Assembly: GCA_020060625.1 (NCBI GenBank)
Contig: JAGUZU010000087.1
Coordinates: 8,500-72,499 of the forward strand
Length of the DNA stretch: 64,000 nt
From: Anaerolineales bacterium
GTDB lineage: Bacteria > Chloroflexota > Anaerolineae > Anaerolineales > Villigracilaceae
Direction: 5' to 3'
Below the pieces are notes generated by a model that ran no database searches, was not told where the DNA came from, and worked only from the letters and a program-made list of their open reading frames with translations. Made by a program: the position numbers and the translations under genes. Below, piece after piece: positions 16,862-27,044 of the stretch (positions are counted from its first letter, which is position 1; every line of letters starts with the position of its first letter).

Positions 16862-16903
16862 ATCCGTAATCCAAAATCGTAAATCTGAAATCGAAAATCC
16901 TAC
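16862..16903 (+). repeat. Heptamer array (ATCnnnA) x6 forming the whole glyQS leader
   Basis: atccgta atccaaa atcgtaa atctgaa atcgaaa atcctac then ATG. Exactly 42 nt, no Shine-Dalgarno motif. Confidence 0.75.
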
Positions 16904-19900
16904 ATGACACAAAAAGCCTCTTTCCAATCCATCATCCTCAAACTACAAGACTTCTGGGCATCGCACGGATGCCTGATCACACAGCCCTACTACACCCAGG
17001 TTGGCGCAGGGACGATGAACCCTGCCACCTTCCTGCGCGTGCTCGGACCCGAACCGTGGAACGTCGCCTACGTCGAGCCGTCTGTCCGTCCCGATGACGG
17101 GCGTTACGGCGAGAACCCCAACCGCTTCCAACTCCACACTCAATTTCAGGTCATCCTCAAGCCCGACCCCGGAAACCCGCAGGAACTCTATCTCGAGTCG
17201 CTCAAAGCCCTCGGCATCGACCCGCGCCAGCACGACATCCGCTTCGTGGAAGATAACTGGGAGCAACCCGCCATCTCCGCCTGGGGCTTGGGCTGGGAGG
17301 TCTGGCTCGACGGACAGGAGATCACGCAGTTCACCTACTTCCAGCAGATGGGCGGCGTGACGCTCGACCCCGTCTCGGTTGAGATCACCTACGGTCTCGA
17401 ACGCATCCTCATCGCGCTCAACAACGCCAAAGCCATCTGGAACGAAGAGTTCGGCGCAGGCGTCACCTATGGCGAGATCCGCCGTCAGGAAGAGTTCGAA
17501 CACTCCAAATATTATTTTGAAACCGCCGACATTGACCGCGTCCGCGCCATGTACGATCTCTTCTCCGCCGAAGCCGACGCCTGTCTCGCCGCCGGTCTCA
17601 TCGTCCCCGCGCACGACTACGTCCTCAAATGCTCGCACTCCTTCAACATCCTCGACACTCGCGGAGCCATCTCCGTCGCCGAACGTCAAGCCTTCTTCCG
17701 CCGCATCCGCGAACTCGCAAGGGGAGTGGCGCTCGCGTATGAAGAGCAGAGGAAGAATCTTGAGTATCCGCTATTGAAAGAAAAGGGAATAGTGAATAGT
17801 GAATTGGGCAAGGCATCCCTTCCTATTCCCCATTCCCCATTACCTTTCTTGCTTGAAATCGGTGTCGAAGAACTTCCAGCAGACGACGTCAATACCGCCT
17901 ACGCAGCCTTATCTGCCCGTGTGCCGACTCTTCTCAAGGAACTGAATCTCACTCATGGCGACGTCCGCATCTTCACAACCCCGAGGCGGATTGTCGTTTC
18001 AGTAGCCTCTCTCTCCCCGAATCAGCCTGACCGCGAAGACCTTGTCAAAGGTCCCCCCGCCGACAAAGCCATTGTAGGACAAGGCTCTGCCTTGTCCACC
18101 CCCGCCGAAGACGTAAGTCGGATTGCCAATCCGACCTACACTCAGGCGGCGATTGGCTTCGCCAAAAAGAACGGCATCAACGTCGAAGACCTGCAAGTCC
18201 GCGAAGAAGGCAATAACAAATACGTCTTCGCCCTCGTCAAGCAGACTGGACGCCCCACGCCCGAAGTCCTCGCCGAAGCATTGCCCAAGTTGGTGGCGGA
18301 TATCAAGTTCGAGAAGTCCATGCGCTGGAACGACTCCGGCGTCTCCTTCTCGCGTCCCATCCGCTGGTATGTGGCTCTGCTCGGTGACATGGTCATCCCG
18401 TTCGAATATGCTGGCGTCGTTTCTGGCAACGTCTCTCGCGGACTCCGCCCCTACGACTCGCCAGAGATCAAAATCACATCCGCCGACAAATACTTCGACA
18501 TCATCCGCGAAGCGGGCATCATTCTCGATAAAGAAGAACGCAAAGCCGCCATCGTGGAGCAAGTCAAACAAGCCGCGGCGCTGGTCGGCGGGGAAGCCAT
18601 CATCGAAGACGGTTTATTAAACGAAGTCACCAACCTCATCGAATTGCCCACCGCCGTTATGGGTGGATTCAACGAAGAATTCCTTTCATTGCCGCGCGAT
18701 GTGTTGATCTCGGTGATGAAGAAACACCAACGCTATTTTCCAGTTCAAAGTTCAAAGTCGAAGGTTGCAGGTTCGTCTGACCTTCAATTTTCAACCTTCA
18801 ACCTTTTACCCAATTTTATAGCCATCCGCAACGGCGACGACATGCACATCGACACCGTCCGCGAAGGAAACGAACACGTCCTCGGCGCGCGCTTTGCGGA
18901 TGCGAACTTTTTCGTCCGTGAAGATGTGAAACTCAAGCTCGAAGAATATCGCCCGAAACTTGCTTCGCTGACCTTCCACACCAAGCTCGGCTCCATGCTC
19001 GATAAATCCGACCGCATGTTGAAACTCGGCGCGGAAATCGGCGCAATGCTGGGTTACAAGAAGGATGACGTGACCGGCATCAAAAACCTTGCGCGCGCGG
19101 TCTATCTCTCCAAAGCCGATTTGGTCACGCAGATGGTCACCGAAATGACGTCCCTGCAAGGCATCATCGGCGGAGAATATGCCTTGCGAAGCGGCGAAGA
19201 CCCCGAAGTGGCGCAGGCGATTGCCGAACAGTATCAAACCGTGCCGGGATCGAAGATCGGTCTCGCGCTTGCGCTGACAGACAGGCTTGACTCCCTCATC
19301 GGTCTTTTCGCGGCGGGACTCGCTCCCACCGGCGCGAAAGACCCGTTCGGTCTGCGCCGTGCCGCGATTGGAGTCGTCCAGCCGCTCATCGAACATGACG
19401 TGGACTTCGATCTTGCGGAAGCGATCAAGAAATCCGCCATGACTCAACCCATTGAAGTCAGCGATGAAGCGCAGGCAAAAATTCTGGAATTTATCGCGGG
19501 GCGTCTGTCTGTGGTGTTGAAAGATGCAGGCTACAAACATGACGTCGTCGAAGCCGTGCTGGCGGCGTGGCGCCGCGGCGCCGCTAACCCGGCGGCGTCT
19601 GCCCGGGCGGTGAAGCAGTTGTCGGCTTGGGTCGGAGGCGAAGACTGGCGCGAAATCCTGCCTGCGTTCGCGCGTTGTGTCCGCATCACCCGCGATCAAA
19701 AACAGACGTTCAAAGTGAACGAGAATGCCTTTGTCGAAAAAGAGGAAAAGGATTTATTCAAGGCGTTGGAGAAGGCGGAAAAGTCCAAACGCGCCGAAGG
19801 CTCGGTGGATGATTTCCTGAATGCTTTCGTGCCGATGATTCCCGCTGTCAACGCCTTCTTCGACAAAGTGCTGGTGATGGCGGAGGATGTAAAGGTCAAA

Positions 19901-19981
19901 GAGAACCGGCTTGGCTTGTTGCAGCGCATCGCCGCGCTCGCAAGCGGCATTGCCGACCTGAGCAAACTCGAAGGGTTCTAA
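16904..19981 (+). CDS. glyQS: Glycine--tRNA ligase, fused alpha and beta subunits
   Basis: N-terminal GlyQ ([17 protein letters not shown]...YFQQMGG...) through about residue 290, a linker, then GlyS ([13 protein letters not shown] ... [10 protein letters not shown] ... [11 protein letters not shown] ...). Single 1025-aa ORF. Confidence 0.92.
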   Translation: MTQKASFQSIILKLQDFWASHGCLITQPYYTQVGAGTMNPATFLRVLGPEPWNVAYVEPSVRPDDGRYGENPNRFQLHTQFQVILKPDPGNPQELYLESLKALGIDPRQHDIRFVEDNWEQPAISAWGLGWEVWLDGQEITQFTYFQQMGGVTLDPVSVEITYGLERILIALNNAKAIWNEEFGAGVTYGEIRRQEEFEHSKYYFETADIDRVRAMYDLFSAEADACLAAGLIVPAHDYVLKCSHSFNILDTRGAISVAERQAFFRRIRELARGVALAYEEQRKNLEYPLLKEKGIVNSELGKASLPIPHSPLPFLLEIGVEELPADDVNTAYAALSARVPTLLKELNLTHGDVRIFTTPRRIVVSVASLSPNQPDREDLVKGPPADKAIVGQGSALSTPAEDVSRIANPTYTQAAIGFAKKNGINVEDLQVREEGNNKYVFALVKQTGRPTPEVLAEALPKLVADIKFEKSMRWNDSGVSFSRPIRWYVALLGDMVIPFEYAGVVSGNVSRGLRPYDSPEIKITSADKYFDIIREAGIILDKEERKAAIVEQVKQAAALVGGEAIIEDGLLNEVTNLIELPTAVMGGFNEEFLSLPRDVLISVMKKHQRYFPVQSSKSKVAGSSDLQFSTFNLLPNFIAIRNGDDMHIDTVREGNEHVLGARFADANFFVREDVKLKLEEYRPKLASLTFHTKLGSMLDKSDRMLKLGAEIGAMLGYKKDDVTGIKNLARAVYLSKADLVTQMVTEMTSLQGIIGGEYALRSGEDPEVAQAIAEQYQTVPGSKIGLALALTDRLDSLIGLFAAGLAPTGAKDPFGLRRAAIGVVQPLIEHDVDFDLAEAIKKSAMTQPIEVSDEAQAKILEFIAGRLSVVLKDAGYKHDVVEAVLAAWRRGAANPAASARAVKQLSAWVGGEDWREILPAFARCVRITRDQKQTFKVNENAFVEKEEKDLFKALEKAEKSKRAEGSVDDFLNAFVPMIPAVNAFFDKVLVMAEDVKVKENRLGLLQRIAALASGIADLSKLEGF
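17786..17848 (+). repeat. 63-nt heptamer array (9 x 7 nt = 21 codons) forming the GlyQ-GlyS linker
   Basis: ggaatag tgaatag tgaattg ggcaagg catccct tcctatt ccccatt ccccatt acctttc. Left units (GAATnGT) and right units (CCnATTC) are roughly complementary. Confidence 0.65.
18743..18805 (+). repeat. 63-nt heptamer array (9 x 7 nt) in frame inside the GlyS part
   Basis: gttcaaa gttcaaa gtcgaag gttgcag gttcgtc tgacctt caatttt caacctt caacctt. Encodes [21 protein letters not shown] between the conserved QRYFP and LPNFI motifs. Confidence 0.65.
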
Positions 19982-20004
19982 TTCGGAAAAACCCATGCCG
20001 CCGC

Positions 20005-20046
20005 AAAACCGCAGGGTCGCAGACGCGACCTTGCGGTTTTATTTTG
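20005..20046 (+). terminator. Rho-independent terminator after glyQS
   Basis: AAAACCGCAGGGTCGC aga GCGACCTTGCGGTTTT then ATTTT. Confidence 0.75.
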
Positions 20047-20058
20047 CCGAACCATCAA

Positions 20059-20067
20059 ATGCTATAA
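20059..20067 (+). promoter_or_regulatory. Extended -10 TGCTATAAT upstream of dnaG
   Basis: Same 9-mer as at 3791. 13 nt before the dnaG ATG, implying a very short leader. Confidence 0.35.
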
Positions 20068-20079
20068 TTCAACCGCGCC

Positions 20080-21978
20080 ATGTCACAGATTGATGAGATC
20101 AAATCCAAGATAGATATTGTAGACCTCGTTTCCGAGGCTGGCGTGAAACTGCGCCATGCGGGGAAAAATTACACCGGCTTCTGCCCCTTCCACGATAACA
20201 AACACACGCCCGCCTTTGTCGTCTGGCCCGAGACCGGCACGTGGCGCTGTTTCGGCGCGTGCAACGAAGGCGGCGACATCTTCAAGTTCGTAATGAAACG
20301 AGAGGGGGTTGATTTCAAGGAAGCCCTCCAAAAACTTGCCGCGCGCGCGGGTGTGGAGTTGAAGGAGTTCCAGCGCGAAAGCCCCGAACAACGCGAGGCG
20401 TATGACAACCTCCGCAAACTGCTCGAGGACGCGGTTATCTTTTATCGAAATCACTTGCTCGCCAACGCGGATGTTCTCGATTACCTGCGCGAAAAACGCG
20501 GACTGACCGACGCCTCCATCGAGACCTTTGGGCTGGGTTATGCTCCCAATGCCTGGGATTCCGCCTTGACCTTTTTCACGGGGCGCGGCTACTCCCAGCA
20601 GGATTTGTTCGATGCGGGTCTGCTCTCCGAACGCGAAAGCGGCGGCTATTACGACAGGTTCCGTCACCGCATCATGATTCCCATCCGCGATGAGAACGGA
20701 CGCATGGCGGGTTTTGGCGCGCGCATCGTCAACCCGGACGATGTGCCGAAGTTTTTGAATTCTCCTGAAACCGCCATCTTCAGCAAAGGACGCCTGCTTT
20801 ACGGCTTGGACCGCGCCCGCAAACCCATCCGCGCGGCAGACCAGGCGGTGATCGTCGAAGGCTATCTCGATGTCATCGCCCTGCATCAGGCGGGCTATCA
20901 GAACGTCGTCTCGCCGATGGGTACGGCGCTCACCGAAGACCAGCTGCGTTTGCTCAAACGTTCCACGCGGCGCATTGTCCTTGCGCTCGACCCGGATACC
21001 GCCGGTCAGAAAGCCGTTTTGCGCGGGTTGGAAGCGGCGCGTTCGGCGATGGATAAGGAAGGCGAACTTGGTTTCGACGCGCGCGGATTGCTCCGCAACG
21101 AATCCCGTTTACAGGCAGATCTGCGCGTCGCATCCATCCCCGACGAACTCGACCCCGATGAGATCGTGGCGCGAGATAAAGAGGAATGGGCGCGGATCGT
21201 CGGGAATGCCAAACCCATCGTCACGCATGTGATGGAAACTCTGGCAGCGGGGCGGGATTTGAACGACGCGAAGGTGAAGAACCAGATCGCGGCGCAGGTG
21301 CTTCCGCTGATTGACGATCTGGGAAGCCCGCTGGAACGAGATACCTACCGTCAGGCGCTGGCGAGAATGCTGCGGGTAAGTGAAGGCGCGTTGATGGGGG
21401 CGCAGGCTCGAGGTCCGGTGGTGAGGCGCAGACCGAGGGGGATGACGTCGCAGCCGAACGCCGATGCGTCCGTTGCGGCGGTCAATCCGCGCTTGAAGAT
21501 CGAAACCTATTGCCTGGGTGTTTTGTATCGCAAGCCTGAGTTGTTGTATCGCGTGGATCGCAAACTGGAGGAGTTCGGTCTCAGCCCATTGGCGGCGGAG
21601 GATTTCGAGTATACTGACCATCAATTGTTGTTTGGAATCATGCGTCTTGCCGTGGAACAGGACGAAAAGGATCACCAGCATTATTTTGCGGGTCAATTGA
21701 CCGAAACGTTGACCCCGCTCGTCGAGAGTTTATTGCTGCAAACGGATGGGAGCGACACGCGCGAGGACAAACTGGCGGACGACCTGCTTGACCGTTTTCT
21801 CGACCTGCGCCGCGCCCATGCGATGACCAGCGTGAACCAACTGCGCTTTATCCAGGAGGAGCGTCAGCAGGAGGGCGGCGCAAATCTTAAAACATACATC
21901 GAACAGACGGGTCAATACATGCGCCTGATCCAAAAGATAGACCAGGCAAAGCGAGGATTATCGAAAAGAAGAACGTGA
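20080..21978 (+). CDS. dnaG: DNA primase
   Basis: Zinc finger CPFHDNKHTPAFVV...CFGAC, RNA polymerase core, TOPRIM VIVEGYLDVIAL...LDPDTAG. Confidence 0.92.
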   Translation: MSQIDEIKSKIDIVDLVSEAGVKLRHAGKNYTGFCPFHDNKHTPAFVVWPETGTWRCFGACNEGGDIFKFVMKREGVDFKEALQKLAARAGVELKEFQRESPEQREAYDNLRKLLEDAVIFYRNHLLANADVLDYLREKRGLTDASIETFGLGYAPNAWDSALTFFTGRGYSQQDLFDAGLLSERESGGYYDRFRHRIMIPIRDENGRMAGFGARIVNPDDVPKFLNSPETAIFSKGRLLYGLDRARKPIRAADQAVIVEGYLDVIALHQAGYQNVVSPMGTALTEDQLRLLKRSTRRIVLALDPDTAGQKAVLRGLEAARSAMDKEGELGFDARGLLRNESRLQADLRVASIPDELDPDEIVARDKEEWARIVGNAKPIVTHVMETLAAGRDLNDAKVKNQIAAQVLPLIDDLGSPLERDTYRQALARMLRVSEGALMGAQARGPVVRRRPRGMTSQPNADASVAAVNPRLKIETYCLGVLYRKPELLYRVDRKLEEFGLSPLAAEDFEYTDHQLLFGIMRLAVEQDEKDHQHYFAGQLTETLTPLVESLLLQTDGSDTREDKLADDLLDRFLDLRRAHAMTSVNQLRFIQEERQQEGGANLKTYIEQTGQYMRLIQKIDQAKRGLSKRRT

Positions 21979-22039
21979 CGTTTCGAGGGTTTAACATTGT
22001 AGGAAATGCAAGTTCATTGGAGTTTGGAAAGGGAAGCCA

Positions 22040-23659
22040 ATGCCTGCGAAAAGAAAATCGAAACCCAAAACCAAACCAGGACAAAAACAGGGAACGAAAA
22101 AAAAGCGGACGAAGGTCGAACGCAAACCCGTCGGGACCCTTTCTGTGGGAAATGTGTTGAGTTTGCTCTCTGCGGGCGGGACGCCCGCGCTGGAAGCCGG
22201 GACGGACGATTTTATCGAGCCTGATGAATCCCTGCTTGCCCAGCAGGAGGATGAACTGGATGACGCTTTGCCATTGCAGGCGCGGGATACGTCCGAACTT
22301 TCTGAAGACCCTGTGCGTTTGTATCTGCGGGAGATCGGGCAGGTAAAACTGCTCGATTCCGACAGCGAGTTCCGCCTTGCCACGCTCATCGAGGCAGACC
22401 GGCTGATTGGCGCGCTCCGAAAATTGAAACACCGCAGGGGGGTCTCGGAGGCTTGTTCTGTTTATCATTCGATCCTCTCGGATATGCTTACTTCGTGGGA
22501 ACGGCTTGTTGAAGACGCGGAACGGCTCAGCCATGAACCTCCCAACCTTGCCCTGGTGATCGCCGAATCCCAGACGCTTCACGCGGGTTGGGAATTTGAT
22601 TCGCCATCCTATCTCCGCGCCTACCTCGATAACGGTAATTGGGGGAGCGACCATCTCTGGGATAACCTCGCCAGGCATGCGTACAGCGTCTTCCTTAACC
22701 TGTACCTGCTCCCGTTCAAATACGCGGAGTGGCTGCTGGCGCGCGTCCGGGAGCAGCATGCTTTTCCCACGCAGCGCACCCTGTATCGCAACCTGCCGTC
22801 CGATAAGGAACTGCTCGAGGAAATGGAATCCATTCACAGCCGGGCAACGGAGGCGAACCAGGCGCTTATCCGCGCAAACCTGCGGCTGGTGGTGAGCGTC
22901 GCCAAACGTTATCTTGGGCGCGGCATTCCCCTGCTCGATTTGATTCAGGAGGGGAACATGGGGCTGTTGCGCGCCATCGGCAAGTTCGACCCGCGGCGCG
23001 GGTTCAAGTTCAGCACGTATGCAACGTGGTGGATCCGCCAGTCCATCAACCGTTCGATTGCGGAACAGGCGCGGACGATTCGCATCCCCGTCCATTTGTT
23101 TGAATCCATTTCGCGGATTTTGCGCGCGCAGAGATATCTTACCCAGACCTTCGGGCGCGAGCCAACGAATGAAGAATTGGCGCTCGAGGTGGGTTATCTT
23201 TCCGCGTCGGATGTGCAAGTCATTCTCCGCGCCCATGCGGAAAACAAACCCGTCAAACCGGAATTGCAAAAAAAGCTGGACATCGCCTCGCAAAAAGTGA
23301 CGCGCGCGCTTCGTTCGGCGGAGGAGACGGTTTCCCTGGAAGGACCGGTGGGGGACGATGAATCCAGCGCGCTTGGCGATTTCATCGAGGACATCGATGC
23401 GCCTTCGCCGATGGACGCTGCCGCGAAGGAGATGCTGCGCGAGCAGGTGCAGCACGCCCTCGAGGCGCTTTCCGAGCGCGAGCGCGAAGTGTTGGAACTG
23501 CGCTTCGGTTTGAAGGATGGCAAGGAGCATACGCTCGAGGAAGTCAGCCGCTACTTCGACGTGACGCGCGAGCGTATCCGGCAGATCGAGGCGAAGGCGC
23601 TGCGGAAACTGCGGCATCCCGCGCGGAGCCGCGAGTTGAGGGATTATTTGGGGGATTAA
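22040..23659 (+). CDS. rpoD: Primary RNA polymerase sigma factor (sigma-70 group 1) with Lys-rich N-terminal extension
   Basis: Region 2 [16 protein letters not shown]...[36 protein letters not shown], region 3, region 4 [30 protein letters not shown]. Follows dnaG as in many bacteria. Confidence 0.93.
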   Translation: MPAKRKSKPKTKPGQKQGTKKKRTKVERKPVGTLSVGNVLSLLSAGGTPALEAGTDDFIEPDESLLAQQEDELDDALPLQARDTSELSEDPVRLYLREIGQVKLLDSDSEFRLATLIEADRLIGALRKLKHRRGVSEACSVYHSILSDMLTSWERLVEDAERLSHEPPNLALVIAESQTLHAGWEFDSPSYLRAYLDNGNWGSDHLWDNLARHAYSVFLNLYLLPFKYAEWLLARVREQHAFPTQRTLYRNLPSDKELLEEMESIHSRATEANQALIRANLRLVVSVAKRYLGRGIPLLDLIQEGNMGLLRAIGKFDPRRGFKFSTYATWWIRQSINRSIAEQARTIRIPVHLFESISRILRAQRYLTQTFGREPTNEELALEVGYLSASDVQVILRAHAENKPVKPELQKKLDIASQKVTRALRSAEETVSLEGPVGDDESSALGDFIEDIDAPSPMDAAAKEMLREQVQHALEALSEREREVLELRFGLKDGKEHTLEEVSRYFDVTRERIRQIEAKALRKLRHPARSRELRDYLGD

Positions 23660-23849
23660 TGCGCCTTCCGCGCGCGATGGGGCGATTTAGTTTGCGGACA
23701 CAACAAAAAATTGCCCCCGTTATTTGTCTTTTTTACCGCAATATGACAATTATCACCAATTTTGTGAAAAGTAGCACTTTTACTGGTCTGTGAAAAACCT
23801 TTGTGATATACTTCGCAAAACTGTACCAGATTTCACGCATCAATGAGGT

Positions 23850-24212
23850 GTGTACATGTTATTGGAATACCTTGCCATTGCGGTGATGATCGCAACAGCC
23901 ACCTTGATCGCCTTTATCGCCATTGGACTGGGGGAATTATTCGGACCAAAGAAAAAATCTGCAACAAAAGACATGCCATACGAATCAGGCATGAACCCCT
24001 ACGGTGAAGGAACGCGCCGTATGCCTGTGCGCTTCTACCTGGTCGCCGTGTTGTTCATCCTTTTCGATATTGAAGTCGTATTCTTTCTGCCGTGGGCAAT
24101 CGCGTTCCGTCAGTTGAAGATATTCGGCTTGATCGAAATGATCGTGTTTATTGTTGTCCTGCTTATCGGTTATGTGTACGCATGGAAGAAGGGAGCGCTC
24201 GAATGGGAGTAG
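23850..24212 (+). CDS. nuoA: NADH-quinone oxidoreductase subunit A
   Basis: Three-TM small protein with YESGM and [12 protein letters not shown] motifs. Start GTG 23850 or ATG 23856 after GAGG. Confidence 0.88.
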   Translation: MYMLLEYLAIAVMIATATLIAFIAIGLGELFGPKKKSATKDMPYESGMNPYGEGTRRMPVRFYLVAVLFILFDIEVVFFLPWAIAFRQLKIFGLIEMIVFIVVLLIGYVYAWKKGALEWE

Positions 24213-24691
24213 AGCAGAAACTCGGAAATATGGGCGTGGTCACCACCACGCTGGAAAACATGGTCAACTGGTCGCGCACAAATGCGATGTGGCCCATGCT
24301 GTTCGGGCTTGCCTGCTGCGCCATCGAGATGATGTCGGCGCAGGCGCCGCATTATGACATGAGCCGCTTTGGCATGGAGTTGATGCGCGCCAGCCCGCGC
24401 CAGTCTGATTTGATGATCGTGGCGGGACGCGTCTCCAAGAAGATGGGACCCGTCCTGCGCCGTTTGTACGACCAGATGCCCGAGCCCAAGTGGGTAATCG
24501 CCATGGGCGACTGCGCCTCGTGCGGCGGCGTGTTCAATAACTATGCCATTTATCAGGGCGTGGATGAAGTTGTGCCGGTGGATGTGTACGTGGCGGGCTG
24601 CCCGCCGCGTCCCGAAGCGTTGATCCATGGCGTGCTGACCGTCCACGAAAAGGTGAAGGCGCAAAAGCTCAAGGATTTGGCAAAAAGTTAA
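24203..24691 (+). CDS. nuoB: NADH-quinone oxidoreductase subunit B
   Basis: Cluster N2 cysteines [30 protein letters not shown] 24203 overlaps nuoA by 10 nt (listed ORF starts at 24092). Confidence 0.92.
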   Translation: MGVEQKLGNMGVVTTTLENMVNWSRTNAMWPMLFGLACCAIEMMSAQAPHYDMSRFGMELMRASPRQSDLMIVAGRVSKKMGPVLRRLYDQMPEPKWVIAMGDCASCGGVFNNYAIYQGVDEVVPVDVYVAGCPPRPEALIHGVLTVHEKVKAQKLKDLAKS

Positions 24692-24692
24692 T

Positions 24693-24781
24693 GTCGCTGT
24701 GGGGAGGGGGATCGTCCCGGCGAAGCAACCTTCATGTCACAAAGGAGATTGCCTCGCGGCGCGAGGCGCGCTCGCAATGAC
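24693..24781. repeat. Hairpin repeat, 'GTCATTGCGAG ... GGAGATTGCTTCG ... CTCGCAATGAC' family, in the nuoB-nuoC spacer
   Basis: Right half AGGAGATTGCCTCGCGG...GCGCTCGCAATGAC matches copies at 46437-46466 and 48538-48577. Left half degenerate. Confidence 0.6.
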
Positions 24782-24793
24782 AGGGTATAGATT

Positions 24794-25306
24794 ATGGATA
24801 AAAAACTCGAACCAATCGTAAAAACGATGCAGGAAAAATTCAGCGCGGCGCATGAAGAATTCCGCGGTGAAGTGCATGTGTTCGTCAACCCCGAACAGAT
24901 CGTGGATGCGCTGACCGTTCTGCGCGATGAATACAAATTCGAACTACTCTCGGCGTTGACGGCGGTGGATTATTATCCGCAGACCTCGCCGCGCTTTCAC
25001 GTCGTCTACCAGCTCACGTCGCTGGCGAACAATGTGTCGGTGCAGGTGAGGGTCCCGGTCGATGGAGACAGCCCAAAAGTCCCGACAGCGGCGCGCGTGT
25101 ATGCGACGGCGAACTGGCGCGAGCGCGAACTCCTCGACATGTTCGGCATCGAATTCGAGGGTCATCCCGATCCGCGCCGCATCCTCATGCCGGAGGAGAC
25201 CGAAGGACATCCGCTGCGAAAGGATTTTCCGCTTGGGTATGAAGAGCCGCAGTTTACGTTCAACTTTGAAGAGATCGATTTGCGCAAGCCGTACGTAAAG
25301 GAATAA
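24794..25306 (+). CDS. nuoC: NADH-quinone oxidoreductase subunit C
   Basis: 30-kDa subunit motifs ANWRERELLDMFGIEFEGHPDPRRIL. Separate from nuoD. Confidence 0.9.
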   Translation: MDKKLEPIVKTMQEKFSAAHEEFRGEVHVFVNPEQIVDALTVLRDEYKFELLSALTAVDYYPQTSPRFHVVYQLTSLANNVSVQVRVPVDGDSPKVPTAARVYATANWRERELLDMFGIEFEGHPDPRRILMPEETEGHPLRKDFPLGYEEPQFTFNFEEIDLRKPYVKE

Positions 25307-25308
25307 TC

Positions 25309-26538
25309 ATGGCACAGCTTGAAGAAGTCGGCGTAGAAAAATATAAACACCTGGTTTCGGAACGGGCGCTTACCGGCGAAACCATGCTTTTGAACATGGG
25401 ACCCCAGCATCCATCCACGCACGGTGTTTTGCGCCTGTTGCTGGAACTGGATGGCGAGATCGTCGTCAACTGCATTCCCGATGTCGGGTTCCTGCACACG
25501 GGCATCGAAAAGAACATGGAAGCCAAGACCTACCAAAAGGCTGAAGTGATGACCGACCGCCTCGATTACATGAACCCAATCGGCAACAACCTTGCCTATG
25601 TGATGGCGGTGGAAAAATTGGTGGATGTGGATGTGCCGCCGCGGGCGCAGGCATTGCGTGTGATTCTGACGGAACTCCAGCGCATCGCCTCCCATTTGGT
25701 CTGGCTCGGCACTTCGGGCCTCGACCTCGCTGCGATGTCCATGTTCCTTTATTGTTTCCGCGAGCGCGAGCAGATTTTGGACATTTTCGAGCTGGTCTCC
25801 GGTCAACGCATGATGACGACCTACATCCGCCCTGGCGGTGTCTGGCGCGATGTGCCGGTGGAGTTCGAAAACGCTGTCCGCGACTTTATAAAGATCTTCC
25901 CCAAGCGCGTTGATGAATATGAAAGTCTGTTGACCAAAAACCCGCTTTTTATTGACCGCACAGTTGGCATTGGTATTTTGAGTCGGGAAGTCGCCTTATC
26001 TCACGGGGTGACGGGTCCCATGCTCCGCGCTTCCGGCGTGGATTGGGACTTGCGTAAGGCGCGCCCCTACATGGGGTATGAGCAATACGATTTTAATGTG
26101 CCTGTGCGTCCGGAAGGCGATACGTACGCCAGGTATCTCGTCCGTGTGCGGGAATTGCGCGAGTCGTTGAAGATCGTGGAACAGGCATTAAACAGACTGC
26201 CGATGGGTCCTGTGCGCTCGGAGAATCGAAAAATCGTCCCGCCGCCGCGCTCGGAGATCGGCGTGAGCATGGAGGCGCTGATCCATCACTTCAAGCTGTG
26301 GACGGAGGGTTTCCCTGCCCCCAAAGCATCCGTTTACAGCGCAGTCGAGTCGCCGCGCGGCGAGTTGGGCGTCCTGCTCGAAGGTGATGGCGGGCCCAAA
26401 CCTGTGCGCGTCCACATGCGCACCCCCTCATTTGATAATCTTTCCGTGCTGCCTGAAATCGTCAAGGGGCATTTGGTGGCGGACCTGGTTGCCGTCCTCG
26501 CGTCCACAGACATTGTCCTCGGAGATATTGACCGATGA
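25309..26538 (+). CDS. nuoD: NADH-quinone oxidoreductase subunit D
   Basis: 49-kDa subunit motifs NMGPQHPSTHGVLRL, HTGIEK, RPGG, SPRGELG, IVLGDIDR. Confidence 0.93.
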   Translation: MAQLEEVGVEKYKHLVSERALTGETMLLNMGPQHPSTHGVLRLLLELDGEIVVNCIPDVGFLHTGIEKNMEAKTYQKAEVMTDRLDYMNPIGNNLAYVMAVEKLVDVDVPPRAQALRVILTELQRIASHLVWLGTSGLDLAAMSMFLYCFREREQILDIFELVSGQRMMTTYIRPGGVWRDVPVEFENAVRDFIKIFPKRVDEYESLLTKNPLFIDRTVGIGILSREVALSHGVTGPMLRASGVDWDLRKARPYMGYEQYDFNVPVRPEGDTYARYLVRVRELRESLKIVEQALNRLPMGPVRSENRKIVPPPRSEIGVSMEALIHHFKLWTEGFPAPKASVYSAVESPRGELGVLLEGDGGPKPVRVHMRTPSFDNLSVLPEIVKGHLVADLVAVLASTDIVLGDIDR

Positions 26539-27044
26539 GCCTTGAGAAAAAATATCCGAAGGAAATAAAACAAATCCTTTCCAAATATCCGCCGGAACAT
26601 AAACGCTCGGCGGTCATGCCGCTTTTGTATCTTGCCCAGCGTGAAGAGGGCTATATCACAAAGGAGGCGATGAAGGACATTGCTCATCTGTTGGATATAA
26701 CCGAAACGGATGTTGCCTCCATTGTCGGGTTTTATACGCTCTACCACGATAAGAGGGAAGGCAAGTATCGGATGCAGGTCTGCACCGACCTGCCGTGCGC
26801 CTTGCGAGGCGCGGATGAATTCCTCGAAAACCTGTGCGAAAACCTCGGCATCAAGGTTGGCGAGACGACGGAAGACGGGCTGGTTACGCTGGAATCCGTC
26901 ATGTGCCTGGCAGCGTGTGATCGCGCGCCCATGTTCCAGACGCAGGGACCTGACGGGATCAAGTACCATGAATACATGACGGTGGACCGCACGATGGAAT
27001 TGATCGAAGCATTGAAGAAGGCGGAGTCGGAGGTGGAGAAATGA
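26535..27044 (+). CDS. nuoE: NADH-quinone oxidoreductase subunit E
   Basis: 2Fe-2S motifs VCTDLPCALRG and CLAACDRAP. 4-nt overlap with nuoD. Confidence 0.9.
   Translation: MSLEKKYPKEIKQILSKYPPEHKRSAVMPLLYLAQREEGYITKEAMKDIAHLLDITETDVASIVGFYTLYHDKREGKYRMQVCTDLPCALRGADEFLENLCENLGIKVGETTEDGLVTLESVMCLAACDRAPMFQTQGPDGIKYHEYMTVDRTMELIEALKKAESEVEK

Noticed and set aside
16749-16903. T-box or other riboswitch upstream of glyQS
   Set aside because: Only about 45 nt lie between the -10 element and the ATG, entirely heptamer repeats. No specifier-loop / T-box sequence and no terminator-antiterminator pair.
22040-22140. Lys-rich N-terminal tail of RpoD as another in-frame heptamer array
   Set aside because: Splitting into 7-nt units gives only two or three loosely phased AAAC words. 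The region is simply A-rich. Not convincing periodicity by eye.
21887-23617. 576-aa ORF on the minus strand
   Set aside because: Lies exactly antisense to rpoD, which has unmistakable sigma-70 motifs. Arg/Leu/Gly-rich shadow ORF typical of GC-rich DNA.
23660-23849. CRP/FNR-like operator upstream of nuoA (TGTGAAAAGTAGCACTT, with TGTGA words repeated three times)
   Set aside because: Half-site symmetry is poor (TGTGA-n6-GCACT). The spacing to any -10 element is ambiguous. Cannot be supported without a motif model for this organism.
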